A stretch of 64,000 nucleotides of DNA from Felis catus (GCF_018350175.1 NC_058382.1:53446001-53510000); one strand, 5' to 3'; shown: positions 1 through 13,164, counted from the stretch's first letter. Numbers and translations: made by a program. Notes: a model not told the origin generated them from the sequence alone.

Positions 1-712
1 CCCAGATAAACAAAACCTTGCTGGGGGAGTGATTCTGCTTTTGCACATGTGGCCTTGAGCTAGAATCTTGTGGAACACTCACCTCTTTTCAACCCTTGAG
101 AAATATGTTTGCCTCTTCGAACTGGCGATGGTCACTTCGTGTTGCGCTAGGATATTTTTAAAAAATGTTTTTGTTGGTACGGTTTTCTTAACCACGTGGG
201 CACTTGACTTGGGGCGTTAAGAATATAGATGCCGGAGAGAACTGTTTGGTTTCCATTAAGACCTGCTAAGTGCACAGGAAACACGGTTTGGGGCAGAGAG
301 AGGTTATAAAAACTGTCCCTTGCTTCATGCCATTTCTTTCCGGCCAGGAACAAAGGTGGGGCAAGGAGTTGGTTCATGCCAGAAAGTCTGGAGGTATGTG
401 GGTTAAATATTTCCCACTGGGCTGTTCTCGGTGTTTGCGATCCTTTGTCCTTTGCCAACCTGTGTCTAGGTGGGGGGGAGTGGCACAAGCAATGTAGACA
501 TAGCCCAAAGCCGCAGGAGGTCACTGAAACTCTCTCAGTGGTGGCCGGGGGGGGGGGAGGTGTCAAGGCATAGGGGAAACTGAGTCCCCCTCGGCTCCTG
601 AAGAGCATGGCACTTGCCCCCTCCCAGCCTTGTATGCACGGCAGCTATGGAGATTACCTGCAGTAAACACATGCAGCGTCTGTCACAGAGCAGATATTCA
701 AGCGATGGCCAC

Positions 713-929
713 TTTTTTTTAAGTTTATTTATTTACTTTGAGGTGGGGTAGGGGGTGGGGAGATCAAGTGAAGGACAGGCAAAGAGAGAGGGAGAGAGAG
801 AATCTCAAGCAGGGTCTGCACTGTCAGGGCAGAACCTGACACTGGGATCGATCCCGTGCACTGTGAGATCATGACCCGAGACGAAATCAAGAGTCAGACG
901 CTTAACTGACTGAGCCTCCCAGGCACCCG
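713..929 (-). mobile_element. CanSINE (older feliform subfamily)
   Basis: Reverse-complement tRNA-derived head, (GA)n segment and T-rich tail; approximate TSD cgatggc(c)cactttt at ~702 and ~934. Confidence 0.9.
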
Positions 930-1154
930 AGTCGATGGCCACTTTTACCTTAACTTTTGTCCCTGCTTCACTCAAGAGGTTTCCCCTTCGGATGCATCTC
1001 TCCTCTCAACACACACGTGCCTGGTTCCCTCTCTCTCCCCCTTGGAAGAGCTCTCCCTACACATGGTGCACCCAGTGGGACCATGCTGAGCAGAGTAGAA
1101 ATGAAAACGGTTGTGCAGAAGTTCTTTGGTGTGGGAGCTAAGAGTGTGAGTTCT

Positions 1155-1360
1155 GGGGGCACCTGGACGGCTGTCGGTGAAGCATCTAACTCTCGACTTC
1201 AGCTCAAGTCATGATCTCACGGTTCATGAGTTCAGGCCCCGCCTCAGACTCAGTGCTGACAATGCAGAGCCTGCTTGGGATTCTCTCTCCCTCCCTCTCT
1301 GCCCATCCACTGCCTCAATAAACACACACATAAGCAAACAAGCAAACAAACTTAAAAAAA
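1155..1360 (+). mobile_element. CanSINE
   Basis: ggggcacctgg head, CT-rich segment, A-rich tail; TSD agtgtgag(t/g)tctg on both sides. Confidence 0.9.
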
Positions 1361-1404
1361 AAGTGTGAGGTCTGAACTGAGACCTGCTCCAGATTCCATC
1401 CCAT

Positions 1405-1480
1405 TTCTTTTCTACCCAAGTAAATCCTTTGAGCCTCAATTTCCTCACCTATAAGATGGGAATAAGAGCATCATACTCTG
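1405..1480 (+). mobile_element. MIR fragment
   Basis: MIR core-like gagcctcaatttcctcacctataagatgggaataa. Confidence 0.65.
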
Positions 1481-3109
1481 GAGAGTTGGTCTCCTCAAAA
1501 GGCAGAGCACGGGTACCAAGGGGGCACCCAAGCGCTTCCTTTGGGGGAACCCCACAGACTTCAAACGGTCTCTTTCAGGGGTTCATCAAGGATTCATCAG
1601 GGATCCTGCCCCATTTCCCATCCTTAACTCTAGCAACTGTTTCAGGTAGTTCCAGCCCGTGACTAGTCACCTCCGAGCTACAAGTCACTGGTTAATATTT
1701 CAAACCCTATCAACAAACATTCTGACTTCTGCAGAACTCAATAGTTCAGAGGCAACAGTCACTTAATTCAGTGTCTAGAATGAGATGGAAAGCCGGCATT
1801 CCTCTCCGAAACAGAATTTTCTCCAAGAAACCAAGGGTGAACACTCAAAATAAAAATTCCCCTCTCGGTTATTAATGAGGGTCAGCGAGCAAGAGTCAGC
1901 AGCACGGCTAACGGTGCTTGAAGCACATTTGGTATCGTTTGTGCGGCACTCTCTCTCCGCCTTGTTTTTTGCGTTTTCTCTTCCCCCCCTGTGGCAAGTA
2001 TTATAAATAGGCCTCCTTCCTATCTGATCCGCCCCTAAATGTTTTTCATTTGAAAACCACAGTTAATTTTAGATAATTGTCAAAGATAATCTCAAATTTG
2101 TGTGCAATCTAGACCCTAGTTCTAAGAAAAACATGTTTCTGGAAGACCTGGTGTGGGTCCCTCTTCCTCTGGAGGAACATCTCTGAAAGCCAACCTCTCT
2201 GACTGGCTTCCGGCGCTTGATAGAGACAGGCCGTACCATGAGCCTGCTGGATCCCTGTTCTCGAAGCAGAGACCGCCTTCCTGGTACCTCCCCTGTGTGA
2301 CTTTGAAGCTGAAGCGGGGGTTCTGGGGGAAGCAAGGAGTGGGCCCAACGACACTGCCCCCGGGATCAGCTTTGCAGCGATGGTGACCCTCACCTCCACC
2401 GGGCCGGGCCCCTGGCCATCGGCACACAGATAACCCTGCAGCTGACATGTGTAAAGGCTGCTTGCTGCACGACTCGGCTTGTTTTTCAGAGCCTGGGCCA
2501 CATTTGTCCTGGCCCGAGTTAAGAGGTAAAGAACATTCCAGTTGTGAGCCTGGATGGAAAAAATATATTTGAAGTTTTTTTTTTTTTTTTTTTCTGCTAA
2601 CAAGGTATGCACAGGACTCAAATGCCAGTAAACGAAGGTTAAAGACGGGCTGGTGTGCAGAATACAGTTGCCTGCCCCCCTCTTTAATTTTTCCATAAAG
2701 TGCCAGAAAAAGCCACTACACTAACAAACGTTTTGGGAAGGGAACAGGCCCCAGGCCAAGAAGCCACAAGCTTAAATGGGGGAAATATGAACCCTCAGGC
2801 ACAGTCTCCTGAGCAGAGTCATTAGTCAGGAAAGGATCAGGCATGAACAGCTGTACCCGAACCAAATCTACGGCCGCCCTGGGTCCCCAGGGCCACGCGG
2901 GTCAAGACAGAGCAACACCCTCATGTTCATCCTATAACTTAAGGGGTGCAAAGGGCACACTTCCCCACAACTCAGGTACGGCACCCGACAAGCACACGCG
3001 TCTTGCTTCGTTTAGAGAACGGAAAGCGAACCCAACACAGCGACAACCAAGAGTCCAGCTGCACATATTTATTGTTTTAATTTACCGTTGTGAAACACGG
3101 AGATACTAC

Positions 3110-4235
3110 ACGAAAATGGATGCGGAAGAATAAAGTTCCCCAGAGAGCGAGGTCAAGCGTGAAAAAGAAGAATATGGAGGAGGGGCTAGCCCTCCAAAAT
3201 ATTGACATACTACAAAACCATAATAATAAAATCAGTATGGTACTGGCTCAAGAACAGAGACCGATGAATAGAGCAGGCCTATTTATAAACGAGCACTTGA
3301 AATATGATTAACATAGCTTATAAATCATGGGCAACGGTTAGATTATTTAGTAGATGCCATTGAAAAACTCACCATATGGAAAACAATAAGATTTGTATCC
3401 CTCTATTATGCAAAGTTGGATTCCAAATGAATGAGAGATAATACGGGTAGCAAAATTATAAGGTTCAGAGAAGAAAATTGAGAAGACTATTTTTGTGGTT
3501 TAGAGGTGGAGAACTTTCTGGACAAGAACGAAACTCATAAACCATAAGGGGGGGGGGGAGATGGTTTTGATTGTTCCAAAATTGAACATTAGTTTTTAAT
3601 AAAGAGTAGCAAAGATGAAGTTTAGACAAAAATAGAAATAGGAACACAATATCTGCAATATCCGAAACTGAGTACCAACCAATCCAGGGTATGTGAGGGA
3701 CCCGTATAAGTTGACCAGAAAAGGATTATAAAATCCAGTAGAAAAGGATTTGACAGATACCTCAGAGAGGTAGAACTCCAAATGGCTCACACGATAGGAA
3801 GAATTGTTCAAACTCACTGGTCGTCAAATCTCGTGAGGTATAAGCTTTAGACCCATCAGACTGGCAACTGTGGGTCTGAGACGTGATGATGATTCCTCAC
3901 CATCATTGCCCTGGGGAATATAGTGAAGTCATCCTAAAGAATAATCTCATAAAATGGAGCATCCGTGTACATTAGAATCAAGGGTTCCACTTCCAGAATA
4001 TTCCACAGAATCCTCACTTGGGTCCATGAGAGAGAATATGAACGTTTATCATAGAGTTGAGACCTGAGGATGTCAGGACAGAGAGGCAACCAAGAGGTCC
4101 ACAGGTGAGGAAATGGGAAAGTGAAATACCATGGGATCTATTATGGAATACTTTGTATGTAGCAATCATAAGAAACTAGCTGGAATGAAATTACTAATCA
4201 GCAGTATGTGAAGTTCTTAAAAATGCAGTGCTGGG
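3110..4235 (+). mobile_element. Ancient L1M fragment (3' part of ORF2 into 3' UTR), decayed
   Basis: A-rich; aaaaagaagaatatggaggaggggctagccctcc...tactacaaaacc...gtatggtactggc resembles the ORF2 'KNKAGG.TLPD.K.YYKA..IKT.WYW' coding region; many stops and frameshifts. Confidence 0.8.
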
Positions 4236-5429
4236 GCGAAATATAAGGGAAGCAACCCATCGGGACTGTTGAAAGGATCGAATGGCAACACAACACACAA
4301 CATGGGGACTGACCCAAAGGAGGGATTTGATTCTATCAACAGGTAGGTGGAACACCAGAAGGGTCTATCCAGCCCAACAAAAGATCCAGGACTGTAGGAC
4401 AGGGGGTGGTATAGGAAACTATTCACAATTGAATTGCTGGACTGTCTGCCATTTAATGTTCCTTTTTGTGTCCTTTCTCGCTTACTTGGTGGCCGGATCA
4501 GAGCTTCTACGAGAACAAAAGCTCTGAACACGGAGAACAGCATCACCGGCAGAAGGTTACCCATCTTGATGTTAGTGGGCAGATTCTAGTGTTGCCCCAG
4601 CCAGGTGCCAGTTGGCCAAAGTCAACTCTTATCTATTTATTTCTGTGGGTTCCTAATTCACCACGGCCTCTCTTGACCTTCCATAGGCAGCCTGTGTTTC
4701 ACGGTCATGGACGGAATTTCACTGCTATATGCTTCACAGAGTATACTGAGTAAATTTCACGTAAGATATGAAACGTTCTCTCTTCCTCTATACCATGCAA
4801 ATACCGTAAGGCCTGTCCACTCCCTAAACATCAGTAACCAACAGCCGTGGAAGTGAAGAAGGAAATGGATGAGCTCGTTTGATACTCTTGCTCTGGGAAG
4901 CGTGAGAGAAGAGATTCCATTCTGCGAGCAAGAGGCCAGGGAGTTCTTTCTGAGTGAGGATACAGCAGGTTATTTACACTGTATTTGTGATTAGGGGTCA
5001 TAGAGAGGGGCAAGGCGCTGAATTCCAAGAATGGAACAGAATCCAGCTCTCTAAGGAAGTTCAGGGTTTGGAAAACTCCCAGGGAGCAATAACTCAACTG
5101 AACTAACCTGATGAACTGTTTTTAAATCGGTTTGAGAAATATAGTCAAACATTGAACAGCTTCCTAGAACTGAAGCAACCGGGCAAAGGTAAGCTTTTAT
5201 TAGACCTTAGCGGTACGCCCAGAGCGCTGGGCAGAGTGGAAGGCTCAGCTCTATCTGGAAGGGGGAGAGGAAGACTTGCTTTTATTCTCCCCATGAGGAG
5301 ATGCTCTAGAGCAAGGCATGTTTTCCACCTCCTGGTAATCAGTGATTCGCAGCTAAAATGCTGAACAAATGAAGTTAACTCAATATACTGAAGACCTACT
5401 GTGTGCATGTTGGTAACGCGGGGGCTTTT

Positions 5430-5595
5430 CCCTATCTCATCTCATGAATCCCTTCCCACCATCCTTCAGGGAAGAGATCGTCATTCCTCATTTTTCACAA
5501 GATGAAAGGCAGTCTCTGGGAGGTTAGAGAAGTTCTCAAGGTCGCATGGCTTTTAAAAAGATGTGGATTCAAACCTAGACAGCTGATTCCAGATG
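5430..5595 (-). mobile_element. MIR fragment
   Basis: gaggttagagaagttctcaaggtcgcatggc...ggattcaaacctagacagctgattcc resembles the MIR reverse core. Confidence 0.65.
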
Positions 5596-5907
5596 GGAAC
5601 TTTCTTCAGCCCAGACTTATACTTCTAAAAGACATCAGGTATCCCGAGATGATCCCATTAAAGGACCCCAGGATATCAGGGTTGAGGGATAAATTGTCCT
5701 CTCGCCATCCATTTTCAAGCAAGTATGCTAGAGGGGAAGTTGTGTCCGGGGGAAGAAGGAATGGTAACAATAGTGACAGTAAGCTCTTGTTGAGTTCCTA
5801 CTATGTGCCAAGTACTGTGACAAATGGTCTGCAGGACCTACGAGTCCCTGAACTGGTTACGGCACTGTCTCTATTTTTCTATTTGGGAAACTCAATTTCA
5901 AAGTTTA

Positions 5908-6139
5908 ATTTTTTAAAAAGTTTATTTATTTTGTGTGTGCGTGAGAGAGACAGAGAGAGAGGGAGAGAGAGAGCTCCCAGGGAAGGGGCACAGAGAGAGG
6001 GAGAGAGAGAATCCCAAGCAGGCTCCACACGGTCGGCACTGAGCCCAGGGCAGAGCCTGAATCCATAAACTGGGAGCTCGTGACCTGAACCGAAATCAAG
6101 AGGTGGACACTGAAGTGACCGAGCCACCCGGGCGCCCCT
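5908..6139 (-). mobile_element. CanSINE
   Basis: Reverse head gagccacccgggcgcccc, (GA)n, T tail; TSD tca(a/g)agttta. Confidence 0.92.
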
Positions 6140-6222
6140 CAGAGTTTACTTCCTTGTTCAAATTCAGCTAGCTAGCGCTTCACGGAGTAGATCCTGAATG
6201 TGACGCTCAAACCAGTGTTTTT

Positions 6223-6464
6223 ATTTTTATTTTTTTAATTTTTTTTAATTTTTTAAAAAAATTTTAACGTTTATTTTTGAGACAGAGAGAGACAGAGTAT
6301 GAACGGGGGAGGGGCAGAGAGAGAGGGAGACACAGAATCTGAAACAGGCTCCAGGCTCTGAGCTGTCAGCACAGAGCCCGACACGGGGCTTGAACTCACG
6401 GACCGCGAGATCACGACCTGAGCCGAAGTCGGACGCTTAACCGACTGAGCCACCCAGGCGCCCA
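6223..6464 (-). mobile_element. CanSINE (SINEC_Fc2-like, CpG-rich)
   Basis: Full-length; perfect 16-bp TSD tcaaaccagtgttttt at 6207-6222 and 6465-6480. Confidence 0.95.
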
Positions 6465-6527
6465 TCAAACCAGTGTTTTTAAAACACCGCGCGCAGCTGT
6501 TTTCCTGGCATATGACGGGGTGCAGCA

Positions 6528-6805
6528 GTGGTAGCAATGGCAGCGGACGTGGTGGTGTCAGGGTGGCCTAAGCGGGGATGTTGTTGCTGTTTCTGGTGGT
6601 CGTGGGAGGGGTGCGATGATGTGAACGGTGGCGGCAGGGTGGCTGAGGGTGGGACGGTGGTGACAACGGAGGTGGCGGTGGAGCGGGTGTTGGGGGGGAT
6701 GGAGGTGATGATGGTGGAGGTGATGGGAATGGCAGTCCTGACTGTGGCGGGTGGGGTTCAGAGCGTTAGCGACGGCGGCAGCCGTGAGGATATTGGTGGG
6801 GGTTG
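6528..6805. repeat. Degenerate (GGT/GGA)n-like low-complexity G-rich tract
   Basis: Runs such as ggtggcggtggag, ggaggtgatgatggtggaggtgatgg. Confidence 0.7.
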
Positions 6806-7487
6806 TTAATTTCCGCGGCCTCCTCTGGAGAGTTTCTGAGCAAAAGCGTCTTCTCTTTTCTCTGTGCCCGGAAGAGTTGAGTCACTTTTTCTTCGTAGGT
6901 TGGCTTTTCATCCCCCTGCCTCTATTCACTTCCACGCTATTGACAAGAGCTGTGGTTGTCCAGGAGCCGCTGGGGAGAGACAGACCCCGTGACCGTTTCC
7001 CCGAAGGCGGCCTTTGGCCGCTCCGTGCGGGAGCACATGACCCCCTGCCTCGCCCCTGGCACATTAACCAGGTGACTGCCTGCCAGGGCCCGGCCCAGTC
7101 CAAAGGGATTTGGGATTCAGTGTCCCAAACAAGGCACTGATTAGCTGGTAATCAGGCAGCGATTAGCAGATCGGGTCACCCGCAGTTCAGTGCCCATTGT
7201 TCCCTGCAAAGTCCCGGGATGTTTGCCACGCGGCCAGAGAGTCTGAATGTCTGAGGATCCCAACGCCTGCAGGTCTGCTGTGCGAGAGCTGTGATTAGGG
7301 AAAAATCCTCTGTTCCCCTAAGCCCATCCCCGCCGAGGAGGCAGGCGCTGTGAATCCCCTCTGCCGATTCACACAAAAGGCTCTGGGGGAAAGCGTGGCC
7401 TGCTTAAGAGCCCAGCGGTGACAGGGAGGCGAGGCCCCAGGGGTACCCTGAAGAACTAGAAGCAAATGAGCACATTCCTCTTCATGC

Positions 7488-7730
7488 ACAGTGTCGAGAG
7501 AGCGCGCACGGTGGAGTCGGGTACGACTCGGTCCAGACTGGGATTCTGCTCCGGTCTTGACGCGTGACCGTGGACAAGATATTTAACCTTGAGATTTGGT
7601 TACCTCGGATTTTAAGATGATTAATAAGAATACTTGACTCTTAGGGTTGTTGGAGGGGTAGGTTTGAAAAATGAACGTAAACCAGCTAATACAGTCTCCA
7701 GAATAGAGCAAGTGCCCAGTGAATGTTGTC
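7488..7730 (+). mobile_element. MIR, near full length, diverged
   Basis: gtgaccgtggacaagatatttaacctt...agggttgttggagg...aatacagtctccagaatagagcaagtgcccagtgaatgtt follows MIR consensus order. Confidence 0.7.
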
Positions 7731-8094
7731 ACGCGTACCGTCGGTCAGAGGAGAAACATCATCATTATGTAAAGTACTTTATTTAAAAAAAAAAAATGCC
7801 CAGTAACATCACTTCTAAGATGAGGCCAGCGCCTCCCGTGCCGGCCTTCATAAAGATGAGGTGGGGACATTCTTAGAAAGCATTCAACCCAGGGCCTAGT
7901 ACGTTATTAGCACTCAAAAAGTGACAGAACAGCGAGGCTAATCATCATTATCATTTTCTTAAAGGCAAACATAAAAGGATTTTTGCAGCATACCTCACGA
8001 CGTTGCAGTGCATTCTCATGAAAAGTCAGAGCGTGATTTTGAACTAAAAGGGGATCAACGAAATGATTCGTGGAGCATTCGTGTCATTGGGTCC

Positions 8095-8260
8095 CACACA
8101 GGTCTGTGATCACTGGGTCCTCGAATCATCTGGAGATCTTAGTAGAACGCGGCTTCTGATTTCGTTAAGTCTGGGGGGAGGCCCAAGGCTTTGCGTTTCT
8201 AATGAATTCCCAGGTGATTCCAGGGTTGCGGTCCACGGGCCCCACTTTGAATACACAGGA
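8095..8260. mobile_element. MER5-type hAT-Charlie MITE
   Basis: gaatcatctggagatcttagtag...ttctgatttcgttaagtctgggg...gcgtttctaatgaattcccaggtgattcc...ccactttgaa. Confidence 0.7.
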
Positions 8261-9429
8261 TACGCATTTTTGTGATGAAGAAGTGTGCGAACGTGTACTT
8301 CTATACAGAAAACCTTCCTAGGCTGTCCTCAAGTGCCGGCATCTGTAAGCGAGGGACTGGAAGTCCTTTCTCCCCCCTCCCCCCCCTTCACTCAAATGTT
8401 CTATCTTTCTCAAAAACTTAATCATGAACATGTAAAGAAAACATTAAAAAATGCGATACATTTTATCAATATCAAAAGATCTCCCCTTTCCTTAAATCTT
8501 GTCCCACGGCCACGTTTTCCAGCACATTCCTTGCCAGGTCTCTGTGCCTGATGCTCCGATTTTCTCCTACAGCCACACTAGGCCTTCTCAGCGGGTGAAC
8601 CACAAGGAAATCACATTATTAACACACGCGCATTCCGTAGGCTTCGACTCTCTGAGGATAAGGTGGGTTCCAGCTCCGAAACAGCGGCTGGCCAGGGTTC
8701 GAGGCCCGGAGGCATGCAAGCCAGCCAGGTGCAAGATGGACAGCTATTCACTCAGAGGAACCCAGAGAGTTCTGAAGGCTGATTCCGGCTGCATGTGGAG
8801 AAGGCATCCCAACCAACATGGTGGGGTGTCTTCAAGAACTGGAAAGAGCTCAAGAAAGTCCATCCTATCAAAATGACAGATCTACTGGCCCCCCTCTAAG
8901 GACTGGGATGAGGGAAAGATCTCCAGGATCTAAGGGTGGGTGGGCCTAAGATCTTTTCTTCCTTTTGAGAACTCTCCCGTTACCCCCACGTCCCCCACCC
9001 CGCCAGCAAAGAAGAGAAAAATTGGGTATGGGAGCCCAGTATCTCCTCCTTAACAGACTGTTAGGGTCTCGGAGAGGTTGCCAGGGTCTGAATGAGCACA
9101 GGGAACCCGGGTTGAAGTCTAACCTTACGGTTTAATAGCTAAACTGCCTTAACTGGATCCATGGCTCTGTTTTGGCCCATGGGCAATGGGAACAGCAGTG
9201 CAATAATATCTTTAAGGTTAGTAATTTCTGTAGCTAAGAGACCCTAGCCGCTGGTCAGGCACAAAGCAGGTTCGCTTATGCCCATGCTAATAAATGTTAT
9301 GCTTTGTATTCAGGATTCGGTGCCCTTGTCACCATAGCATACACCTTGTGCCTATCTGGAAGAACCCCCAGCCACCTGGAAGTCCCTTTGACTGGCCACC
9401 CCCCTCCCCCATCACCGTATCCATTCATA

Positions 9430-9775
9430 GGTCAGTCAGACGTAGGGGAGAAACAGATGGCATTCTCAGACTGGGTAATAGGAGGAGAGTTTAATAAAGG
9501 ACTTTTCACAGGGGTGAGGACAGGGTTTAGGAAGTCCATAAAGGAAAACATAAGGCCCCAGGGCTCGGAACACCCAGCTCTCCTCACGGCTTGAAAGGCC
9601 AAGGGGAAGAAGCAATACAAGAGCCCAGAGAGGGGAGCTGTGTGGAGAACATCGCCCGACAGGGGCAGGGGCTCTGGTCTTTGGGGGGGAGGGGGCAGCC
9701 AACTCACCAAGGACGGGGACACTAGGCAATAAACCCAGACCCTTCTCTTCCTACCTTCCTAAGCCTGCTTATGCT
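9430..9775. mobile_element. Ancient ERVL-class LTR fragment (LTR33-like)
   Basis: gaaacagatggcattctcagactgggtaataggaggagagtttaataaaggact...gagctgtgtggagaa...aataaa matches my recollection of this LTR class. Confidence 0.55.
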
Positions 9776-10495
9776 CTTACCTTGGTGCACTTTTTCCTCT
9801 GATCGCTTTTGCCTGAATCCTTTCTGACCCTACTAGGTGGCTATTTTATGGGCTCAGTTACACGCTCGAGAGATGAAAGTGACTTTTCCAAAGGGGGCCA
9901 CCAGGGCGACAGCAATGCAAGATGTACAAACCAGAGACAGAACATGTGGAAAGTGACATATATCTTAAAACGGATCTGCAAACCACCATTCTGGGACCCT
10001 CCATCCTGGATATCCAGTCTCACTGGTGAGCTAACCGTGAAACTCACTGAAAGACTTTCAGAAGCAGATAACTCCTAGAAGAAGAAAGATTCTTCCCAAG
10101 TTTTGATGGAACACGATGATGGCTCCATTCTGTGGAACCCAAAGGGAAATCAGATGGCAGGAGAAGCCATTGCTGTCACTTTCCAGCAGGTTGAGGGAGG
10201 GGTTGTCCCCAGCAGTGTTTGGAAGGAGGACAGTGATCTGGAGGGGCCCAAGGAACACTGTAGCAACTCTGTCAATACAAATCTGACCCTCACTTCATAA
10301 AAGCTTCTAGACAACCCACCCTATCACATCCCTCCTTGGAGCTCACACATTCTTTTCGTGTCTGACATTCATTAGTTTGTATCAATTCTCTATATGAATA
10401 AATCACTTCCTGAGTAGATGGTCAAATCCTTGAGGGCGGGAAGGTGCTATACTATAATGATAACACCCTGTGCTTTAGGACATGTGAAGGTTTAG

Positions 10496-10600
10496 GGGGC
10501 GCCTGGCCGGCTCAGTTGGTGGAGCATGTGACTCTCCACCTTGGGGTTGTGAGTTCGAGCCCCATGGTGGGTGTAGAGAGTACTTAAAATTTTTAAAATC
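10496..10600 (+). mobile_element. Short CanSINE (tRNA head plus tail, no CT segment); tail interrupted by a second SINE
   Basis: ggggcgcctggccggctcagttggtggagcatgtgactct...gagttcgagccccatggtgggtgtagag; TSD tgaaggtttag at 10485-10495 and 10842-10852. Confidence 0.85.
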
Positions 10601-10809
10601 TTTTTTTAATGTCTATTTATTTTTGAGAGATAGAGGCAGAGCACAAATGGGGGAGGGGCAGAGAGAGAGGGAAGCACAGTATCTGAAGCAGGCTCCACAT
10701 TCCTGAGCTGTCAGCACAGAGCCCAATGTGGGGCTTGAACCCATGACCCATGAGATCATGGCATGAGCTGAAGTCAGATGCTTAACTGACTGAGCCACAC
10801 AGGTGCCCC
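10601..10809 (-). mobile_element. CanSINE nested in the tail of the preceding SINE
   Basis: Full reverse-complement SINE body ending gagccacacaggtgcccc. Confidence 0.92.
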
Positions 10810-10987
10810 AGAAAAAATTTAAAAACCTTCAAAAAAATTCCTGAAGGTTTAGAAAGATAATATATACAACATCTTTAGCATGTAACTAACTGGCCACACA
10901 CAGAAAGTGATGGATAAATAGATTTATGATTATTAACTATTCTTCTATTCTTTATATGCCTCACCATGCTGAAAATACACCCCCATG

Positions 10988-11025
10988 TCTCTCTCTCTCT
11001 CACTCTCTTTTTCTCTCTCTCTCTC

Positions 11026-11068
<43 letters not shown>
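10988..11068. repeat. (CT)n-(CA)n compound microsatellite
   Basis: Directly visible. Confidence 0.95.
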
Positions 11069-11069
<1 letters not shown>

Positions 11070-11779
11070 GCACAAAAGAAACTCCGCTTTCTTCAGCACC
11101 TTCTGTGGGCCATTTATTATGTAGAACTTCCCATACATTATCACAGTATTTCTCCAACTTTCTTACACATGGAAAGTACATTAAGGTATGGGGAAAAAAA
11201 CATGACACATTCTTTTATGTATGACACTATGGAAGACTAAATTTCGTTTATTTAGAAAATACAATTCTGTTTAACCTCCTAATGTGCATTGCTCCTACGA
11301 CACGATAACACAAATCAAATTAATAATTTAAATGCAAACAAAGCTACAACATATTTAAAATTCAGGCTAACAGTTTGAATTAAATGTGACAGATTATACG
11401 GTTCTGGCAAGACTGGCTCAAAACTTGCTGTGTAAAAATGTTACGGGAGGCTGGAGTATAGGTACATGTTCAGTCTGCCCTGCCTGCAGGTGATGGGTGA
11501 AATACGTTATCACTGCTCCCCATTTCTACTGGGCGGTGGGAAGGAGCTTGCATTCATTTTGCAGCAAAGCATGATTTTGAATCTATTTCCCTTTTTTTTC
11601 TCTTCTCATTTGTGGAGTCCATGAAATTAGTATTATACATGCCAACTGGTTTGCAATCATTGGCTTAAAACATAGTAGCATTGCTTAAGTATAAAAGACT
11701 ATCCAGATAACCCAGAAGATGCTTTATCAATTTTACTTTAGAATGAGAACACAAGAGTCAAAAATCTGGGCAGAGAAGA

Positions 11780-11996
11780 GGCGCCTGGGCGGCTCAGTTG
11801 GTTAAGCGTCTGACTCTTCATTTCGACTCCGGTCGTGATCTCATGGTTCATGCTCTGAGTCGGGCTCTGCACTGATGGTATGGAGCCTGCTTGGGATTCT
11901 CTCTCTCAATCTCTCTCTCTCTCTCTCTCTCTCTGTTCTTCTCCCACCTCTCTCTTCCCTCTCCTTCTCAAAATAAATAAATAAACATTAAAAAAA
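11780..11996 (+). mobile_element. CanSINE
   Basis: Head gggcgcctgggcggctcag, long (CT)n, A tail; TSD tgggcagagaaga on both sides. Confidence 0.93.
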
Positions 11997-12064
11997 TTGG
12001 GCAGAGAAGATGGCTTTAATGCCCTACCACTGTTACATGGCACATGGCATAGGGACCTTTAATC

Positions 12065-12190
12065 TCAACAGGTTGGGTTTCTATTTTCTGTGTGAGGATA
12101 TTGAGGCTCAGGGGGGTTCAGTCACCTGCCTAGGTTCATACACCTAGTACGTGGTGTAGACTCAGATCCAAGCCTCTGTGTCTCCACATC
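12065..12190 (-). mobile_element. MIR fragment
   Basis: gaggatattgaggctcagg...cctgcctaggttcatacacctagtacgtgg. Confidence 0.65.
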
Positions 12191-12195
12191 CAGTC

Positions 12196-12311
12196 GGTTT
12201 TGTTTTGTTTTGGTTTGGTTTTTAATAAACTCTACCCCCAATGTGGGGCTCGAACTCATGACCCTGAGATCAAGAGTCACACGCTCTACTGACTGAGCCA
12301 GACAGGTGTCC
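12196..12311 (-). mobile_element. Short CanSINE
   Basis: aaactctacccccaatgtggggctcgaactcatgaccctgagatcaagagtc...; TSD ctccacatcc(a/c)gtc. Confidence 0.88.
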
Positions 12312-13164
12312 CTCCACATCCCGTCTTTTGATTACATTGAACTATCCTTTCGGTGTTATTGAGTGGCTAATGCTACACTGATACATATTGGTGGTGAGGG
12401 ATTGGGGTGGGAAGTGTTGAGGAAGAGAGAGAAAATGAGAAGGGATGCCTGGTCAGAGATGGTGACGTAAACCCAGTCCACTGTGGTCTTGCAGTGGTGG
12501 TTAGATCCAGAGCAATGGGGAGTTGGAACCATCTGGAAGCCAGGTAGCCATACAGATGAGGCTGTCCTCTGCACACTTCAGGTAGGGCTACTCCTGCCAT
12601 CTCCACATCTGGCTTAGCAACAATCAGTCCATGAAGAATTGAGATGCATGAAAGGAAAGTTCCAGGTTGTCCCTAATCATATGACTGATGATCCTCCTTC
12701 CAGGTATCTGCTGTTTCCTGCCTTGAGTATGGTGCTGGATGTCCTTTCCCAGAAATGTTCGTGTCGATCCTTTTGGGTCTTCACAGAGTTATGGGAATGG
12801 CAACCCTCAAGACCATCCACGTTCTGTTGGGAGAGCACAAATCTGGGGCCCTCTGCCTCCAGGAATGAAGAGGGGGCCTGGAAGAAGTGCTGTCGATGGG
12901 TGTTCTCATTGGGAAAGCCATAGGAAGGTACTGCTCATCCTTCAAACTCCAAGTGTCCAGAATTTAGGGAACGGATACATTCAGGTAACTAACAGGCAGA
13001 TGTGATAAACTCTCCAACAGGTTAATGATGCTCAATACAATTTTTCTGCGGCTCACAATCCTGACAATACGGATGGTCTGCTACTATAATTCTACTTTCC
13101 CTACAGAAAAGTTAATGTTCTGTTATTGTGGAATGTCAAATTGAGTCATGTGAAGTTTCAGAAA

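Noticed and set aside
2069..2696. Cluster of overlapping ORFs in GC-richer unique sequence
   Set aside because: No frame resembles a protein I know, the splice signals are weak, and several open frames on both strands suggest a compositional effect.
4498..4527. Hairpin tcagagctt...aagctctga
   Set aside because: 9-bp stem only; expected by chance and too short for a pre-miRNA.
6528..6809. 93-aa Val/Gly-rich ORF
   Set aside because: Product of degenerate GGT low-complexity sequence.
11092..11112. TTCAGCACC as a REST/NRSE site
   Set aside because: Only the left half matches; the GGACAG half is absent.
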